From contig CAZVWR010000004.1 in NCBI GenBank assembly GCA_964630905.1, positions 6,775 to 70,774 of the forward strand: a stretch of 64,000 bases of DNA. The letters run 5' to 3'. The notes beneath the pieces are model-generated. The model did not search any database. It was not told where the DNA came from and saw only the letters and a list, made by a program, of their open reading frames with translations. A program made the translations under genes and the position numbers. Shown one piece after another: positions 20,988-31,353 of the stretch (its first letter is position 1; each line of letters starts with the position of its first letter). The stretch is from an uncultured Spirochaetales bacterium. Its GTDB lineage: Bacteria > UBP6 > UBA1177.

Positions 20988-21611
20988 TTATTTTGATTTT
21001 ACAGCAGGCTTAACACCCTCATAATACAGCTTAAATGACTTTGTGAATGTGGTAAGTTCTTCTCTTAAGATTTTGTTCCCTGCACTGATATTACTGATCA
21101 TTTTCGGCATGTTCTGTCTGTCGGAAGCCATTTTCAAGCCCCAGTCAGTATGCATTTTTTCAAGTGTTGATACTGTAGCTGTAAGATATAGGAATTTTGA
21201 ATATTCGGTGCCGAAGATGTTATCTATGAACTGTTCAAAATTCTTGGAACTTTTCTGTTTTTCAAGGAGTTCATTTATCTCTGTGGCGATGATTATTTTT
21301 ATTGATTCCAGATCTGCTATGTTGATCCTTGAGCAGGAATCATTAATTCTTTCCTGAAGAAAATTAAGAAGATAGTCAGTTTCAGCAAGGACATTTACTG
21401 CGGGATTCTGCTTTTCTTTTGCGATTTTATGGACATTTGCCATTGCATCTATCAGAGCTTTGTTCTTAACCGGAAGTTCTGAACACTGTTTTTTTGCCTG
21501 AGTTAGGGAAACTGCCGCCTGATTAAACAGTTTTTCAACAAATTCCTGTTCATTCCCTGAAAGTGGAAAAACAATCAAAAACAGGACCATGACCATAAAT
21601 TTATTGAACAT
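20988..21611 (-). CDS. Secreted hypothetical protein.
   Basis: N-terminal signal peptide MFNKFMVMVLFLIVFPLSG. The remainder is predicted helical with no recognisable motif. Its stop lies 3 nt from the convergent RCC1 gene stop. Confidence 0.5.
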   Translation of the reverse strand: MFNKFMVMVLFLIVFPLSGNEQEFVEKLFNQAAVSLTQAKKQCSELPVKNKALIDAMANVHKIAKEKQNPAVNVLAETDYLLNFLQERINDSCSRINIADLESIKIIIATEINELLEKQKSSKNFEQFIDNIFGTEYSKFLYLTATVSTLEKMHTDWGLKMASDRQNMPKMISNISAGNKILREELTTFTKSFKLYYEGVKPAVKSK

Positions 21612-21783
21612 TTCCGGCTCCTCCCCGAAAGAATTAAGATAAATACTATACCTCCTGAAAAAGATTTTTAAATATTTTTCGTAAAAAACATGTCACGAGG
21701 TTACTAATGTTACAGCAGTTGTTTTTTAAAGCTGTTCTGGCTTTTCAACTGCGATTTCTTTTTTTCCGCCAAAACTCTTTACG

Positions 21784-21812
21784 GGCCTCATTTTGAGGCC
21801 TTTTCTTTTTTT
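21784..21812 (+). terminator. Intrinsic terminator oriented on the plus strand (ggcctca-ttt-tgaggcc followed by ttttcttttttt).
   Basis: A perfect 7 bp stem with a long T tract on the plus strand only. No annotated plus-strand gene lies upstream. It sits 6 nt after the minus-strand mmdB stop, but in that orientation the T tract is missing. Confidence 0.45.
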
Positions 21813-21817
21813 ATATT

Positions 21818-23530
21818 TTAGTGAGGAATAAGACCAAGAAGTATGCCTGCCGCAATAGCAGAACCGATAACACCGGCAACATTCGGTGCCATTGCATGCA
21901 TGAGAAGATGGTTTTCAGGGTCTTCCTGTCTTCCAAGGACCTGAGCGACTCTTGCACTGTCGGGAACTGCTGAAACGCCCGCACAGCCGATGATCGGATT
22001 GATCTTATTATCTTTCTTAAGGAAGAGATTGATGAATTTTGCAATAAGGACTCCGCCTGCTGTTGAGAACATGAACGAAAGTGCTCCGAGAGCAAATATT
22101 TTGACTGATGCAGGGGTCAGGAATGTCTGTGCGCTTGTTGAAGCACCGACAGTAAGACCTATCAATATTGTTACAACATCAATAAGAGCAGTGCTTGCAG
22201 TTTTTGAAAGTCTGTCTGTAACTCCCGATTCTTTCAGTATATTTCCAAGAAGAAGCATTCCAATGAGGGGAAGTCCGCCAGGAGCGATCATTGCACAAAC
22301 TGCAAAAGCGACTATCGGAAAAAAGACCTTTTCCCTTTTTGAAACGATCCTCGGAGCTTTCATTCTGATAAGTCTTTCCTTTTTTGTGGTAAGAAGCTTT
22401 ACAACAGGAGGCTGGATGACAGGGACAAGTGCCATATACGAATATGCAGCTATTGCGATAGCACCCAGAAGATGAGGAGCCATAAGGCCGGTTGTAAATA
22501 TAGCCGTCGGACCGTCAGCTCCGCCGATTATTCCGATAGATGCCGCTTCCTGAATTGAAAAACCAAGGAACATCGCTATCAGAAATGCAACGAAAATGCC
22601 GAGCTGAGCTCCACCGCCGAGCAGAATAAGTTTGGGGTTTGCTATCATGTAGGAAAAGTCGGTCATTGCACCTATCCCTAGGAATATCAAAGGCGGATAT
22701 ATACCCTTCAGTACTCCGAAATAGAGATAGTTCAGAACTGATCCGGGATCATAAATGCCGATCTGAACTCCGGCGGCTGTGGGAATGTTGCCGATAAGTA
22801 TTCCAAATCCGATAGGAAGGAGAAGAAGCGGCTCATAATCCTTTGCTATTGCAAGAAAAATGAAAATGAACGCAACAAGCATCATAATGACATTTCCGAG
22901 AGTAATGTGTGCAAAAGCAGTAGTGTTGAAAAACTTTGTTATAAAGCTTTTATTTTTTTCAACATATTCTCCAAGCGGACTTGAAGACCTTAGTGAAAAA
23001 TCAATGAAAAGAGGTGTCACCTGATAAGTGCTCTGGAAGTTTTTGATGGATATTGAATTGGTGACCATTACATCGCCCACGCTCTCTCCAGATATCATGA
23101 CAGGGTATCTGCCGGGGTCTGATTTGAAATTGATAAATGAAACACCGTTGTCGGCAACGATGACATCTGTATACTTAAAAGATTTCTGTTCGTTGTCGGA
23201 AAATGTTGCAACAACTTCATAAGTGTTTTCTGCAGGTTTGAACAGATCAATTTCGTCGGAATCGGGAAGAACAGCGCTCTGGCCTGTTATTACAAGATAG
23301 CTTCCCGGCTCTGTCTTGTCTTTTTCAGTTGAATAGTTGTCAGACACTATTGCACCGAATTCAGTTCTTTCCTTCCACTGCCCGGCAACAAAATATCTTA
23401 CATTAAGTTTTACAAGAGCTTTGTTTTCAAAAACCCCCGTAAAGTTTTCAGTTGCGCCGTCTTGTGCGTAAATGACAAAACCCGAAAAGAGAATTATCAG
23501 CAGCAGTAAGGATCTTTTTAAAATATTCAT
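21818..23530 (-). CDS. mmdB: Na+-translocating decarboxylase beta subunit (OadB/MmdB family) with a signal-peptide-bearing N-terminal extension of about 200 aa.
   Basis: The core LAIAKDYEPLLLLPIGFGILIGNIP...GIGAMTDF matches OadB/MmdB. The N-terminal 200 aa (MNILKRSLLLLIILFSGFVIYAQ...) is extra relative to canonical beta subunits of about 375-430 aa. Confidence 0.85.
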   Translation of the reverse strand: MNILKRSLLLLIILFSGFVIYAQDGATENFTGVFENKALVKLNVRYFVAGQWKERTEFGAIVSDNYSTEKDKTEPGSYLVITGQSAVLPDSDEIDLFKPAENTYEVVATFSDNEQKSFKYTDVIVADNGVSFINFKSDPGRYPVMISGESVGDVMVTNSISIKNFQSTYQVTPLFIDFSLRSSSPLGEYVEKNKSFITKFFNTTAFAHITLGNVIMMLVAFIFIFLAIAKDYEPLLLLPIGFGILIGNIPTAAGVQIGIYDPGSVLNYLYFGVLKGIYPPLIFLGIGAMTDFSYMIANPKLILLGGGAQLGIFVAFLIAMFLGFSIQEAASIGIIGGADGPTAIFTTGLMAPHLLGAIAIAAYSYMALVPVIQPPVVKLLTTKKERLIRMKAPRIVSKREKVFFPIVAFAVCAMIAPGGLPLIGMLLLGNILKESGVTDRLSKTASTALIDVVTILIGLTVGASTSAQTFLTPASVKIFALGALSFMFSTAGGVLIAKFINLFLKKDNKINPIIGCAGVSAVPDSARVAQVLGRQEDPENHLLMHAMAPNVAGVIGSAIAAGILLGLIPH

Positions 23531-23543
23531 TTTTTCCTCTGTT

Positions 23544-23981
23544 CTATCCTATGGTTAAAAGCGACTGGTGTTCACGGACATTGTCCCCTTCTTTTACCTG
23601 GATCTCTTTTACTGTTCCGGCAACTGTGGAGTTAATGTCGTTTTCCATTTTCATTGCTTCCATCGATATAACCTTCTGACCTATTGAAACGGTGTCACCC
23701 GGTTTAACAAGTATTTTCAGGATAAGTCCGGGCATCGGAGCAAAAACACTGCTGACACTGGCTGAAGATGTTTCAGAAACTGCAGGCTGTACCGGCTGTT
23801 TTTCTAAAGGAGCGGCCGCTTTTCTCGAAATTACCGGAATGACGGGGGGCTCGGTTTCAGTATATTTCACACCGACATCATATGTTTTCCCGTTCACGGT
23901 CACTTTGGCTCCCTTTGAGTTGAAATCCTTTATTTCGACACTGTAGTCTTTACCGTTTATTTTCATTTCATACTTTTTCAT
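23544..23981 (-). CDS. mmdC: Biotin carboxyl carrier subunit of methylmalonyl-CoA decarboxylase.
   Basis: Biotinyl domain with the EAMKM motif (ISMEAMKMENDI) and a Pro/Ala-rich linker. Confidence 0.8.
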   Translation of the reverse strand: MKKYEMKINGKDYSVEIKDFNSKGAKVTVNGKTYDVGVKYTETEPPVIPVISRKAAAPLEKQPVQPAVSETSSASVSSVFAPMPGLILKILVKPGDTVSIGQKVISMEAMKMENDINSTVAGTVKEIQVKEGDNVREHQSLLTIG

Positions 23982-23991
23982 TATGTTCTCC

Positions 23992-24435
23992 TCATTTCTT
24001 CAATGACTGCCATTTTTTAAAGCGGGATGCCCTGCCGGATATTCCTGATGATGTCCACGGATTCTGATTATGGAACTGATTCACTTCGGTAAGATAGACC
24101 TTCTCTGAATTTTCAGATACATAAAGAGAAAGAGCTATCGCTGCGACATACTGATCCATTTCAGACTGATCATCAGAAACATTCTGAGCAGGCTTTTCTG
24201 CAACAGGTTCTTCCGTTTTCTTTTTTTCTGCAGGTTTTGCGGCATTTCCGTGTCCGTGAGCCTTACCTTCACCGAGTCTTTTGAACTGGGTAAGGATTAT
24301 CGCCAGAATCGAAAGTCCGCCAATGACAACAGATATTCCCAGAAATGGAAGTGTCTTTACAATAAGCTGGTCCGATCTCGAAAGACCTTCAAAAGCACCC
24401 ACCGCATTCTGCAGGAAGTTGATATAATTAATCAT
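23992..24435 (-). CDS. Small membrane-anchor subunit of the Na+-pumping decarboxylase (OadG/MmdD family).
   Basis: A single N-terminal transmembrane segment (LPFLGISVVIGGLSILAIILTQF), a charged linker and a short C-terminal domain. It sits between mmdA and mmdC. Confidence 0.55.
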   Translation of the reverse strand: MINYINFLQNAVGAFEGLSRSDQLIVKTLPFLGISVVIGGLSILAIILTQFKRLGEGKAHGHGNAAKPAEKKKTEEPVAEKPAQNVSDDQSEMDQYVAAIALSLYVSENSEKVYLTEVNQFHNQNPWTSSGISGRASRFKKWQSLKK

Positions 24436-24444
24436 GATCCCTCC

Positions 24445-25986
24445 TTAGAGCGGTATATTGCCGTGTTTCTTCGCCGGAAGATCATCATTTTTTGTCGAAA
24501 GCATTTCAAGAGCTTTTATCAGCCTTGGTCTTGTTGTTTTCGGTTCAAAAATGTCATCGATGTATCCGTGAGCTGCGGCAATATAGGGGTTTGCAACATT
24601 TTCGTTATAAAGTTCTTCCTGTTCAGCCATGAATTTTGCCTTGTCTTCAGCTGCATCAAGTTCTTTTTTCATCAATATTTCGATCGCACCTTTTGCACCC
24701 ATGACGGCTATCTGAGCTGTGGGCCATGCATAATTGAGATCGTTTCTTAAGTTCTTGGAAGCCATTGCAAGATATGCTCCGCCAGTTGATTTTCTTGTAA
24801 CGATCGTGATCTTGGGAACTGTCGCTTCGCTATAGGCATAAAGCATCTTGGCACCGTGTCTTATAACTCCGCCGTATTCCTGGCCCGTGCCGGGAAGGAA
24901 TCCCGGAGTATCTACAAATGAAATAAGGGGAATGTTGAAAGCGTCGCAGAATCTTACAAATCTTGCGGCTTTATCGGAAGCATTGATATCAAGACATCCT
25001 GCAAGAACATTGGGCTGATTTGCAACAACACCGACAGCACGACCGTTAAGTCTTGAAAATCCAATAAGAATATTCATTGCATAAAGCGGCATGACTTCAT
25101 AAAACTCGCCGTCATCAAACACCATGTGAATGATGTCTCTCATGTCGTAACCTTTGTTCAGATTTGTCGGAACGATCGTGTTCAGAGCTTCTTCCATTCT
25201 GTCAAAGGAATCTCTGCATTCAACAATAGGAGGTTCTTCCATATTGTTTGAGGGGAGAAAAGAAAGAAGTTTTCTTATCGCCTGAATGCTTTCGTCTTCA
25301 GTAGGATGAGAGAAATGCGCGACACCTGATTTTGTCATGTGAACAAGTGATCCGCCAAGCTGGTCGACCGTTACATCTTCGTGAGTTACCGCTTTTACAA
25401 CTTTGGGACCGGTAAGGAACATATATGAATTTGTTTCTGTCATGAAAACAAAGTCGGTCAATGCCGGAGAATATACAGCTCCGCCTGCACACGGTCCGTA
25501 AACTGCCGATATCTGTGGAATAACACCGCTTGCGAGGGTATTTCTTTTGAAAATCTCACCATATCCGTTAAGTGACAGAACTCCTTCAGGAATGTTTGCT
25601 CCGCCCGAATCATTCATTGCTATGACAGGTGCACCGACTTTCATGGCCATATCCATCACCTTGCAGATCTTTTCACCGACGATCTTTCCGAGCGATCCGC
25701 CGGCAACTGTGAAATCCTGAGCAAATACGAACACTTTCCTTCCTTCAATGGTTCCGTACCCTGTTACTACGCCATCCCCTACCGGGCTGCCCTGGGAAGT
25801 TCCGCATCTTAGTGCATCGAATTCTTCAAAGCTTCCCGCATCAAGAAGTTTAGCCATTCTTTCGCGGGCTGTAAGCTTTCCTTTTGCGTGCTGGTCATCG
25901 ATTCTTTTCTGACCACCGCCCAACTTTCCCTTTTCCTTTCTGGACCTCAGATCTGCCAGTTTTTCTTCAATGGTTACCATCTTCAT
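24445..25986 (-). CDS. mmdA: Methylmalonyl-CoA decarboxylase alpha subunit (carboxyltransferase, PccB family).
   Basis: Two carboxyltransferase subdomains (...[18 protein letters not shown]...[12 protein letters not shown]...), 513 aa. Confidence 0.9.
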   Translation of the reverse strand: MKMVTIEEKLADLRSRKEKGKLGGGQKRIDDQHAKGKLTARERMAKLLDAGSFEEFDALRCGTSQGSPVGDGVVTGYGTIEGRKVFVFAQDFTVAGGSLGKIVGEKICKVMDMAMKVGAPVIAMNDSGGANIPEGVLSLNGYGEIFKRNTLASGVIPQISAVYGPCAGGAVYSPALTDFVFMTETNSYMFLTGPKVVKAVTHEDVTVDQLGGSLVHMTKSGVAHFSHPTEDESIQAIRKLLSFLPSNNMEEPPIVECRDSFDRMEEALNTIVPTNLNKGYDMRDIIHMVFDDGEFYEVMPLYAMNILIGFSRLNGRAVGVVANQPNVLAGCLDINASDKAARFVRFCDAFNIPLISFVDTPGFLPGTGQEYGGVIRHGAKMLYAYSEATVPKITIVTRKSTGGAYLAMASKNLRNDLNYAWPTAQIAVMGAKGAIEILMKKELDAAEDKAKFMAEQEELYNENVANPYIAAAHGYIDDIFEPKTTRPRLIKALEMLSTKNDDLPAKKHGNIPL

Positions 25987-26004
25987 GCTCCAAATTCTGA
26001 AATA

Positions 26005-26418
26005 TTAATGTTTTTCCTCAGTAAGCTCTATAAGTACTTTTGTCTCTTTCGGGTGGATGAACGCTATTTTTGTTCCATGTGCTCCGCCTCTTGGAGTTTC
26101 GTCTATCATTTTTATCCCTTTCTCTTTCATTGCCGCAATGTCTTTTTCAACATCGTCACTGCTTACTGCAATGTGGTGCATCCCTTCGCCTCTTTTTTCG
26201 ATGAATTTGGCGACAGGGCTTTCCGGACTTGTAGGTTCAAGAAGTTCAATTCTGCTTTCTCCGATATCAAAGAACGCAACTTTAACTTTCTGTTCTTCAA
26301 CAATTTCCTCACCCGAATATTTAAGGCCGAGAACATCGCGGTAAAGAGTCACAAAATCCTGAATGTTGTTGACTGCGATACCGATGTGATTGATCTTTCT
26401 TGTCATTTTTTCCCCCAT
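26005..26418 (-). CDS. mce: Methylmalonyl-CoA epimerase (VOC/glyoxalase family).
   Basis: INHIGIAVNNIQ...ESRIELLEP...GMHHIAVSSDD. The start may instead be the internal Met at 26406, which would remove the overlap with meaB. Confidence 0.8.
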   Translation of the reverse strand: MGEKMTRKINHIGIAVNNIQDFVTLYRDVLGLKYSGEEIVEEQKVKVAFFDIGESRIELLEPTSPESPVAKFIEKRGEGMHHIAVSSDDVEKDIAAMKEKGIKMIDETPRGGAHGTKIAFIHPKETKVLIELTEEKH

Positions 26419-27341
26419 TCTATTTTTATCATTTCGTCAAGTTCCTTCATTGCCTGATACGGGTTCGTTTTTCCATTCATCAAATCACCACTCCACTTGG
26501 TGAACATACCTTGCTCATTTAAAATTGCAAGAATATTCGCTCCAATTCTGTCAAGAGCCATGTGTTTGAATTGATTGATGATTTTGTCCTTTTTTGCTGT
26601 AATGCCCTTGTTTTTGAGCCACATTCCTCTATCTCTTATTTTTTCCATCAGTTCAACTGTTCCCTTGTTCTCGGTGGCAACCGTTTCAACAACGGGCGGT
26701 TCCCATTCAAGACGGTGGCGGTTGAGGTTTATTATCATGCTGAGTTCAGCGGCAAGCCGTTCTTTTCCGTCTTTATCAGCTTTGTTGATGACAAAAATGT
26801 CGGCAATTTCCATGATTCCCGCTTTCAGTGCCTGAACATCGTCCCCCATTCCGGGAACAAGGACAAGCAAGACCGTGTCAGCGATGCTCATGACATCAAT
26901 TTCACTTTGTCCTACACCCACTGTTTCAACGATAAGAACATCAAACCCTGCACTTTTCATAAGGTTGAGAACATCAATTGTCGCCGGTGCAAGTCCGCCG
27001 AGACTTCCTCTGCTTCCCATCGAACGGATGAAAACTCCGGGATCTGTCGCATGGTCGCACATTCTTATCCTGTCACCAAGGATCGCTCCACCTGTAAAAG
27101 GGGATGAAGGATCAACTGCGACAACCCCGACTGTTTTGCCTAAGTTTCTATATTCCTTGATGATTCTGTCGGTAAGTGAGCTTTTTCCTGCACCCGGAGG
27201 ACCGGTGACACCGATGACGATAGTTTCAGAATTTTCCTTGTAAAGCTCTCTTAAAATATCTTCTGATCCATATCGGTCGTTTTCAATTTTGGTTATGAGC
27301 TTTGCCAGCACTCTAAAGTCGGACGCAAGAGGAGTTTCCAT
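26403..27341 (-). CDS. meaB: Methylmalonyl-CoA mutase-associated GTPase MeaB/ArgK.
   Basis: P-loop GVTGPPGAGKSS, ADIFVINKADK and the conserved MeaB core. Its start shares 1 nt with the upstream stop (TAATG). Confidence 0.9.
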   Translation of the reverse strand: METPLASDFRVLAKLITKIENDRYGSEDILRELYKENSETIVIGVTGPPGAGKSSLTDRIIKEYRNLGKTVGVVAVDPSSPFTGGAILGDRIRMCDHATDPGVFIRSMGSRGSLGGLAPATIDVLNLMKSAGFDVLIVETVGVGQSEIDVMSIADTVLLVLVPGMGDDVQALKAGIMEIADIFVINKADKDGKERLAAELSMIINLNRHRLEWEPPVVETVATENKGTVELMEKIRDRGMWLKNKGITAKKDKIINQFKHMALDRIGANILAILNEQGMFTKWSGDLMNGKTNPYQAMKELDEMIKIEWGKK

Positions 27342-27736
27342 TATTTTTTCACATTTTCCTTAATGAATTTAATGAATTCCTCTGACGGAGTTCCAGGAGT
27401 GAAAACCGCTTTAACCCCTTGTTCCTTCAAAAAAGGGATATCGCTTTCAGGAATTACTCCGCCGCCGAAAACGAGAATGTCCTCAGCCCCTTTTTCCTTT
27501 AACAGTTCAACAACTTTCGGCAGAAGTGTGTTGTGCGCACCGCTTAAAATAGATAAGCCGACTGCATCGACATCTTCCTGAACAGCCGCGTTGACAATTG
27601 CTTCAGGAGTCTGACGCAAACCTGTGTAAATTACTTCCATACCGGCATCTCTTAATGCTCTTGCAACAAATTTTGCACCCCTGTCATGACCATCCAGTCC
27701 CGGTTTTGCTATTAAAACTCTTATTTTCTGACTCAT
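27341..27736 (-). CDS. Methylmalonyl-CoA mutase small subunit with the B12-binding domain.
   Basis: [31 protein letters not shown] carries the DxHxxG cobalamin-binding motif. Confidence 0.85.
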   Translation of the reverse strand: MSQKIRVLIAKPGLDGHDRGAKFVARALRDAGMEVIYTGLRQTPEAIVNAAVQEDVDAVGLSILSGAHNTLLPKVVELLKEKGAEDILVFGGGVIPESDIPFLKEQGVKAVFTPGTPSEEFIKFIKENVKK

Positions 27737-27746
27737 TTTTTCCTCC

Positions 27747-29408
27747 TTAAAGAACTACTGATTCTTTGTGTTCGCCGAATACTTCCTGCAATGTTCCTGT
27801 GATTTCGCCGAGAGTTGCATAAACTTTTACCGCTTCGAGGATTTTGGGCATGAGGTTTTCAGTTCCCTGCGCTGCTGCCTTGATTTCGGCAAGTTTTTTC
27901 ACAACTGCATCGTTATCTCTTGAAGCTTTCACTGCGTTAATTTTTGCGATCTGTGAAACCTGAATTGAGCGGTCAACTTTGAGCAGATTTGATGGAGGAA
28001 GTTCCTTGACCTGGAATTTATTTACTCCGACAACGATCTGTTCCCCTTTTTCAACTTCAAGCTGATAAGTGTAAGCACTGTCCTGAATTTCCTGCTGAAC
28101 AAACCCTTTTTCGATCGCTTCGACCATTCCGCCGAGTTCATCAATTCTATCGATATATTTCTTTGCTTTTGCATAGATGCTGTCTGTGAGTGCTTCAACG
28201 AAATAGCTTCCTGCAAGCGGATCAATTGTATCTGCAATGCCGCTTTCGTAAGCCACTATCTGCTGAGTACGGAGTGCAATTCTTACGCTGTCTTCTGTCG
28301 GCAGTGCAAGAGCTTCGTCACGACTGTTTGTGTGGAGTGACTGTGTTCCGCCAAGTGTTGCCGCAAGTGTCTGGATCGCAACTCTGACGATGTTGTTGTC
28401 AGGCTGTTGAGCGGTAAGCGTGCAGCCTGCTGTCTGAGTGTGGAAACGGAGCATCTGTGATTTGACATCCTTAGCATTGAAGCGGTTTTTCATGATCTCA
28501 GCCCAGAGTCTTCTTGCCGCTCTGAACTTTGCAACTTCTTCAAGCAGATTGTTGTGAGCGTTGAAAAAGAATGAAAGTCTGGGAGCAAAAACATCAATAT
28601 CCATGCCGGCTTTTATTGCGGCATCGGCATAAGCAATACCGTCAGCGAGGGTAAATGCCACCTCCTGAACAGCGTTTGAACCTGCTTCACGGATATGATA
28701 ACCTGAAATAGAAATGGTATTCCATTTTGTAACATTTGTTGCGCAATATCCGAAAATATCGGTGATAAGTCTCATCGAAGGTTTAGGCGGGAAACGGTAA
28801 GTACCGCGAGCGATGTATTCTTTCAAAATATCGTTCTGTATTGTTCCATTGAGCTTGTCAGGAGTAAATCCCTGCTTTTCTGCAACTGCAATATACATCG
28901 CAAGAAGCACGCCGGCAGTTGAGTTGATGGTCATTGATGTTGAAACTTCACCCAGAGGAATTCCATCAAAAAGGATTTCCATATCTCTGAGAGAATCGAT
29001 CGCAACGCCCACTTTTCCAACTTCACCGTCGCTCATCGGATGATCTGAGTCATAACCGATCTGTGTCGGAAGGTCGAAAGCGACAGAAAGTCCTGTCTGA
29101 CCAGCACCGAGAAGGTATTTGTATCTTTTGTTCGATTCTTCAGCTGTTCCGAAACCTGCATACTGACGCATTGTCCAGAATTTTCCGCGGTACATCGTTG
29201 ACTGAACACCTCTTGTGAAAGGATAAAGGCCGGGAAGACCTCTTGTTTCAAGATATTGCGGATCTTCAAAGCCGGGAACATAAACAGGGTCGATAACTTC
29301 ATTGAACGATGTTTTAAACTCTTTTTTCCTTTCGGGGAATTTTGCAACTGTTTTACCGTAGGCACCTTCTTTCCACTTGGCAAATTCATCTCTGATCGTC
29401 ATATCCAC
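27747..29408 (-). CDS. Methylmalonyl-CoA mutase large (catalytic TIM-barrel) subunit.
   Basis: [18 protein letters not shown]...[39 protein letters not shown] is the MCM substrate-binding barrel. Together with the B12-binding subunit it forms a split MCM. Confidence 0.9.
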   Translation of the reverse strand: MDMTIRDEFAKWKEGAYGKTVAKFPERKKEFKTSFNEVIDPVYVPGFEDPQYLETRGLPGLYPFTRGVQSTMYRGKFWTMRQYAGFGTAEESNKRYKYLLGAGQTGLSVAFDLPTQIGYDSDHPMSDGEVGKVGVAIDSLRDMEILFDGIPLGEVSTSMTINSTAGVLLAMYIAVAEKQGFTPDKLNGTIQNDILKEYIARGTYRFPPKPSMRLITDIFGYCATNVTKWNTISISGYHIREAGSNAVQEVAFTLADGIAYADAAIKAGMDIDVFAPRLSFFFNAHNNLLEEVAKFRAARRLWAEIMKNRFNAKDVKSQMLRFHTQTAGCTLTAQQPDNNIVRVAIQTLAATLGGTQSLHTNSRDEALALPTEDSVRIALRTQQIVAYESGIADTIDPLAGSYFVEALTDSIYAKAKKYIDRIDELGGMVEAIEKGFVQQEIQDSAYTYQLEVEKGEQIVVGVNKFQVKELPPSNLLKVDRSIQVSQIAKINAVKASRDNDAVVKKLAEIKAAAQGTENLMPKILEAVKVYATLGEITGTLQEVFGEHKESVVL

Positions 29409-29448
29409 ACCTCATTAAAGAAATTAAGAAAAACCGATTTTTCAGCCG

Positions 29449-29476
29449 ATTCTAACCCCTCAAACACAAATTGCAA
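29449..29476 (-). promoter_or_regulatory. Candidate promoter for the mcm-meaB-mce-mmd transcript on the minus strand.
   Basis: On the minus strand, TTGCAA (29471-29476), a 16 nt spacer, then TAGAAT (29449-29454). This is about 40 nt upstream of the mcm start. Confidence 0.35.
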
Positions 29477-29528
29477 AAAAATATTGAAATATTTAAATTT
29501 GATAGTTGTGAACAAGTTGCTACTATTT

Positions 29529-29557
29529 CTTGACGGTTGATGTTCTTATAATTATAC
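29529..29557 (+). promoter_or_regulatory. Candidate promoter for pilB.
   Basis: TTGACG (29529-29534), a 17 nt spacer, then TATACT (29552-29557), 45 nt before the pilB ATG. Confidence 0.45.
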
Positions 29558-29601
29558 TGTAGCGTGTTTTTTTTAAGTAAACCCGGAAAGGAGAGTGGAT
29601 T

Positions 29602-31338
29602 TTGAATAACAGACAATTGACAGGAATGCTGATCAAGAGGGGAATAATATCTCTTCCTGAGCTGAGATCGCTTGAGGAACTGTCGACAGAATCGGGACAG
29701 AGTATAAAGGACCTTCTTTTCAGCGACAACAGACTTAATGAAGGCCAGCTTGTGGACATTCTGAGCGAACAGTACAATGTTCCGAAAATTGATCTTAGCG
29801 AACTTGAGATCCAGCAGGAAGTTATAGACCTTCTCAACCCGCAGATAGTTACAAGATATAATGTCATTCCTATATCAAGAATAGGCAACACCCTTACAGT
29901 TGCCATGGCCGATCCCTCAAACATGAATGCCCAGGACGATATCAAGTTCCTCACAGATTACAATGTCGAAGTGGTTGTTGCGGCAAGTTCAGATATTGAA
30001 GCGGCAATAGCAAAATATTACGGTGCGAATACCGCCAAAGCTCAGAAAGCCGGTGACATAACATTTGACATGGAAGATCTTCTGCGGGAGGTTGACACCA
30101 TCCAGATAAATGAAATTGATATGGAGAGCGGAACTTCAATAGAGGATGCCATCAGGGATTCAGGAGATGCCCCCGTTGTCAGACTTGTAAATATGATCCT
30201 GCTTGACGCCATAAAAAAGAAGGCTTCCGATATTCACACCGAGCCGTATGAGAAAAGTTTCAGGGTGAGGCTCAGGATAGACGGTGTTCTTTATGATACT
30301 CTCCATCCGCCAAGACACATGATGGATGCGATAATTGCAAGGTTCAAGGTCATGGCCAATCTTGACATCGCAGAAAAGAGGGTTCCTCAGGATGGTCGTA
30401 TCAAGATAAAGATCGGGAAAGAAGAGGCAATGGATTTCCGAGTATCTGTATGTCCGGTCATATTCGGAGAGAAAGTGGTTCTCCGTCTTCTTGATAAATC
30501 AAATCTGCAGCTTGACATGACAAAGCTCGGGTTTTATTCTGATCAGCTTGAAATATTCAAAGATTCAATTCACAAACCATACGGAATGGTGCTTGTTACA
30601 GGTCCCACCGGTTCAGGTAAAACGACAAGTCTTTATTCGGCACTTTCCGAGCTTAATCAGGATGATGTCAATATTTGTACCGCTGAAGACCCTGTCGAGT
30701 TCAATCTTGAAGGGATAAATCAGGTCGCGATCAGAGAACAGGTCGGCCTCACATTTGCCGCGGCGCTCAGATCCTTTCTTCGTCAGGACCCTGATATCAT
30801 AATGGTCGGTGAGATCCGAGACTTTGAAACGGGTGAGATCGGTGTTAAAGCGGCTCTTACAGGTCACATGGTTCTGAGTACGCTCCACACAAATGATGCT
30901 CCTTCAACAGTAACCCGTCTGCTTAACATGGGTATTGAAAGCTTCCTTGTAACATCATCTGTAAACTGCATCGTTGCTCAGAGACTCGGAAGGCAGATCT
31001 GCAAGAAATGCAAAGAACCCATTGATGTCCCCAAGGCGGATCTTTTGAAGCTTGGTATCAAAGAATCCCAGATAGCAGGCGGATATCAGATATATCATGG
31101 TAAGGGTTGTGAAATATGCAATCAGACAGGATATAAAGGGCGAATTGCATTTTATGAAGTTATGAAAATGTCTGATCCGATCAAAGATGCCATATTGAAC
31201 GGTGCAAGTTCGATGGAACTTAAGGAACTGGCAATACAGCACGGCATGAAGACTATGAGAATAAGTGCGAACTTAAGACTTCTTGAAGGTGTTACAACAA
31301 TAGCCGAAGTAGTTAGAAATACTGCTCCTGATGAATAG
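29602..31338 (+). CDS. pilB: Type IV pilus assembly ATPase PilB (GspE family).
   Basis: N-terminal GSPII_E_N-like domain, Walker A GPTGSGKTT and the tetracysteine CKKCKEP...CEIC. Confidence 0.85.
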   Translation: MNNRQLTGMLIKRGIISLPELRSLEELSTESGQSIKDLLFSDNRLNEGQLVDILSEQYNVPKIDLSELEIQQEVIDLLNPQIVTRYNVIPISRIGNTLTVAMADPSNMNAQDDIKFLTDYNVEVVVAASSDIEAAIAKYYGANTAKAQKAGDITFDMEDLLREVDTIQINEIDMESGTSIEDAIRDSGDAPVVRLVNMILLDAIKKKASDIHTEPYEKSFRVRLRIDGVLYDTLHPPRHMMDAIIARFKVMANLDIAEKRVPQDGRIKIKIGKEEAMDFRVSVCPVIFGEKVVLRLLDKSNLQLDMTKLGFYSDQLEIFKDSIHKPYGMVLVTGPTGSGKTTSLYSALSELNQDDVNICTAEDPVEFNLEGINQVAIREQVGLTFAAALRSFLRQDPDIIMVGEIRDFETGEIGVKAALTGHMVLSTLHTNDAPSTVTRLLNMGIESFLVTSSVNCIVAQRLGRQICKKCKEPIDVPKADLLKLGIKESQIAGGYQIYHGKGCEICNQTGYKGRIAFYEVMKMSDPIKDAILNGASSMELKELAIQHGMKTMRISANLRLLEGVTTIAEVVRNTAPDE

Positions 31339-31353
31339 TTATCGAGGTAAAAA

